Positions 62,428-64,000 of a DNA stretch of 64,000 bases are shown in pieces. Each line of letters starts with the position of its first letter. Within the stretch, counting starts at the first letter, position 1. The position numbers and the translations under genes were made by a program. This DNA is from Dehalococcoidia bacterium (GTDB lineage Bacteria > Chloroflexota > Dehalococcoidia > Lucifugimonadales > GCA-2712585): positions 66,554 through 130,553 of the forward strand of contig CBDFHC010000004.1 of the NCBI GenBank assembly GCA_965247585.1, in the 5' to 3' direction. The notes under the pieces were generated by a model. It was not told the DNA's origin. It was given only the letters and a program-made list of their open reading frames with translations, and did no database searches.

Positions 62428-63028
62428 GGTCTCTGGGGGGCACCCTCGGAATTACTGCAGGGGATCCAGGTTTTCTGCACCGTCCTGCGCGGTGGTAATT
62501 GTTTGTAAGGTGAGCCGCAAAGGGTTGCGAATCGAAGGTTGGTGGTTCCCACCGTCCCGCCCCGGAAGGTTATTATGAATTACTGAGGGACACCCTCAGA
62601 CTCCCGGCAGGGAACCTAGGTTCCCTGCACCCTCTTGTTTGACGGTTCTTCATAGACTGGTTGGGGCTATTGACGAAACGATCGTCCCCGGAGGGAGTGA
62701 GCGATGCCACGACGCGTGGAAATTCAGGATTGGAATCCCAAGCGGGCGCCGCGGTAGGACTTGCTCTCCCCCCGCACCCAGATTCTTCGATCCTCGCGGG
62801 CGGACTCGGAATGACATGGTGGGGTCGGAATGCGGTATGGGCTCGTCCTTCGAGGGCCTCAGGATGAGCGAGTTGGAGGCGTAGCAAGCTTATTTTCATA
62901 GGAATGACATGTCTTTTGCGAGCGTTGAACGCGGGCCAATGTGACGCTGAAAAGAACGAAGAAGTCAAAAACACAGGCTCTCAGGATGATCGGGAATGGG
63001 AGGCCGAAGGTAATTTTTCATAGCAAGG
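62428..63028 (+). repeat. Intergenic repeat cluster 28 (degenerate B, A, B, C-left, C-mid, C-right, C-mid fragment): long composite
   Basis: Degenerate B 62428-62493, A 62510-62572, B 62578-62645, C-left 62755-62820, C-mid 62829-62890, C-right 62891-62950. The 10-mer gaatgacatg at 62809-62818 and 62902-62911 brackets C-mid, as in cluster 3. Confidence 0.9.
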
Positions 63029-63113
63029 GCGGCTATAATGGACACGGTTGTGAGGTGGACTCAAGGCGAGGAAGCGGTCTTGCAGGAAGAGCCCGGTGAG
63101 AAAGGAAACAGTG

Positions 63114-64000
63114 ATGAGCGAGAAGAAGATTGGGGTGGCGGCGATGGGAGGAGACGCGAAGAAGGTGCTGTCCCGGATTCAGGAGATGGAGCGTAGGGGG
63201 ATTGAGGTGGCGTGGCTGACGACGGGGGGCGCGGGCGTGGACGGTATGTCGATATTCGCGGCGGCGGGGGCGACCACGGAGCAGATTTTGATGGGGACGT
63301 GTATTGTGCCCACGTTCCCGAGGCACCCGATTGTGACGGCGCAGCAGGTGCAGGTGATAGCCAGCCTGGCGCCAGGGCGGTTCCGGCTCGGGCTGGGGCC
63401 AAGTCACCGTCCGACGATGCAAGGGATGTTCGGTATTGATTTCCACACGCCGCTGACGAACCTGAGGGAGTACGTTCACATTGTTCGGACGCTGCTGAAC
63501 GAAGGGTCAGTGGACTTTGACGGGAGCCACTACCACGCCCACGCGCGGATAGCGGCGCCGGTGCCTGACGTGCCGATAATGGCGTCGGCGCTGCGGACGG
63601 GGTCGTACGAGTTCTGCGGCGCGGAGGCGGACGGGGCGATAAGCTGGGTATCGCCGTACGAGTACTTACGGGACGAGGCGCTGCCGGCGATGCGCGCCGG
63701 GGCGGAGGCGCAGGGGAGAGAGACGCCGCCGCTGGTGGCCCACGTGCCGATCTGCGTGAGCACCAACGCGGAGGAGGTGCGGGCCGCGGCGCGGGAGCAG
63801 TTGGCCACTTACCCGCGACTGCCGTACTACGCGCGGATGTTCGCGGCGGCGGGGTTTCCCGAAGCGGTGGAGACGAACTCTTGGAGCGACGGGATGATTG
63901 ACGCGGTGGTGCTGCACGGATCGGAAGGAGAGGTGGCAGAACGGTTGAAAGGTCTATTCGAGTACGGAATTGGGGAGATCATAGCGCACGTGGTCTCGGT
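63114..64000 (+). CDS. LLM-class F420/flavin-dependent oxidoreductase, 3'-truncated by the window end
   Basis: My translation from the ATG at 63114 is open to the window end: MSEKKIGVAAMGG...CIVPTFPRHPIVTAQQVQVIASLAPGRFRLGLGPSH...VVLHGSEGEVAERLKGLFEYG. This is the typical pattern of LLM-class F420-dependent oxidoreductases. It is absent from the ORF track because no stop falls inside the window. Confidence 0.75.
   Translation, partial: MSEKKIGVAAMGGDAKKVLSRIQEMERRGIEVAWLTTGGAGVDGMSIFAAAGATTEQILMGTCIVPTFPRHPIVTAQQVQVIASLAPGRFRLGLGPSHRPTMQGMFGIDFHTPLTNLREYVHIVRTLLNEGSVDFDGSHYHAHARIAAPVPDVPIMASALRTGSYEFCGAEADGAISWVSPYEYLRDEALPAMRAGAEAQGRETPPLVAHVPICVSTNAEEVRAAAREQLATYPRLPYYARMFAAAGFPEAVETNSWSDGMIDAVVLHGSEGEVAERLKGLFEYGIGEIIAHVVS

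Overview
High-GC (about 60-65% by eye), densely coding bacterial chromosomal segment with about 55 CDS on both strands. It is dominated by catabolic and nitrogen-scavenging enzymes: five amidase-signature amidases, three luciferase-like (LLM) flavin oxidoreductases, four DAO/SoxB-type FAD oxidoreductases, two tandem class-III aminotransferases, several amidohydrolases, a gamma-glutamyltransferase-family protein, a thiolase and an extradiol dioxygenase. Recognisable units, in window order: (1) thiG-thiE-thiS behind a TPP riboswitch (120-1945, minus strand). (2) Two tandem pairs of a 64-72 aa GatC/AtzG-like protein tightly coupled to an amidase (23715-27075, minus). (3) dinB. (4) A complete N-methylglutamate-type amine oxidation cluster (37990-48625, minus): three glutamate-synthase-like subunits, a GmaS-like glutamine synthetase and a four-subunit sarcosine-oxidase-like dehydrogenase. 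(5) A vapBC-like pair. (6) A lower-GC island (about 57800-59561) carrying an orphan Rhs toxin/immunity-like module next to a truncated Rhs core fragment. The most unusual property is non-coding. Nearly every intergenic gap is filled by a mosaic of short, hairpin-rich repeat modules (called A-G here). There are more than 70 module instances in 28 clusters, all in the + orientation regardless of flanking gene direction. One hairpin is preserved by compensatory base changes. No rRNA, tRNA, CRISPR array, transposase or integrase gene was recognised. The taxon cannot be established from this window; the gene content is reminiscent of SAR202-like Chloroflexota (inference only).
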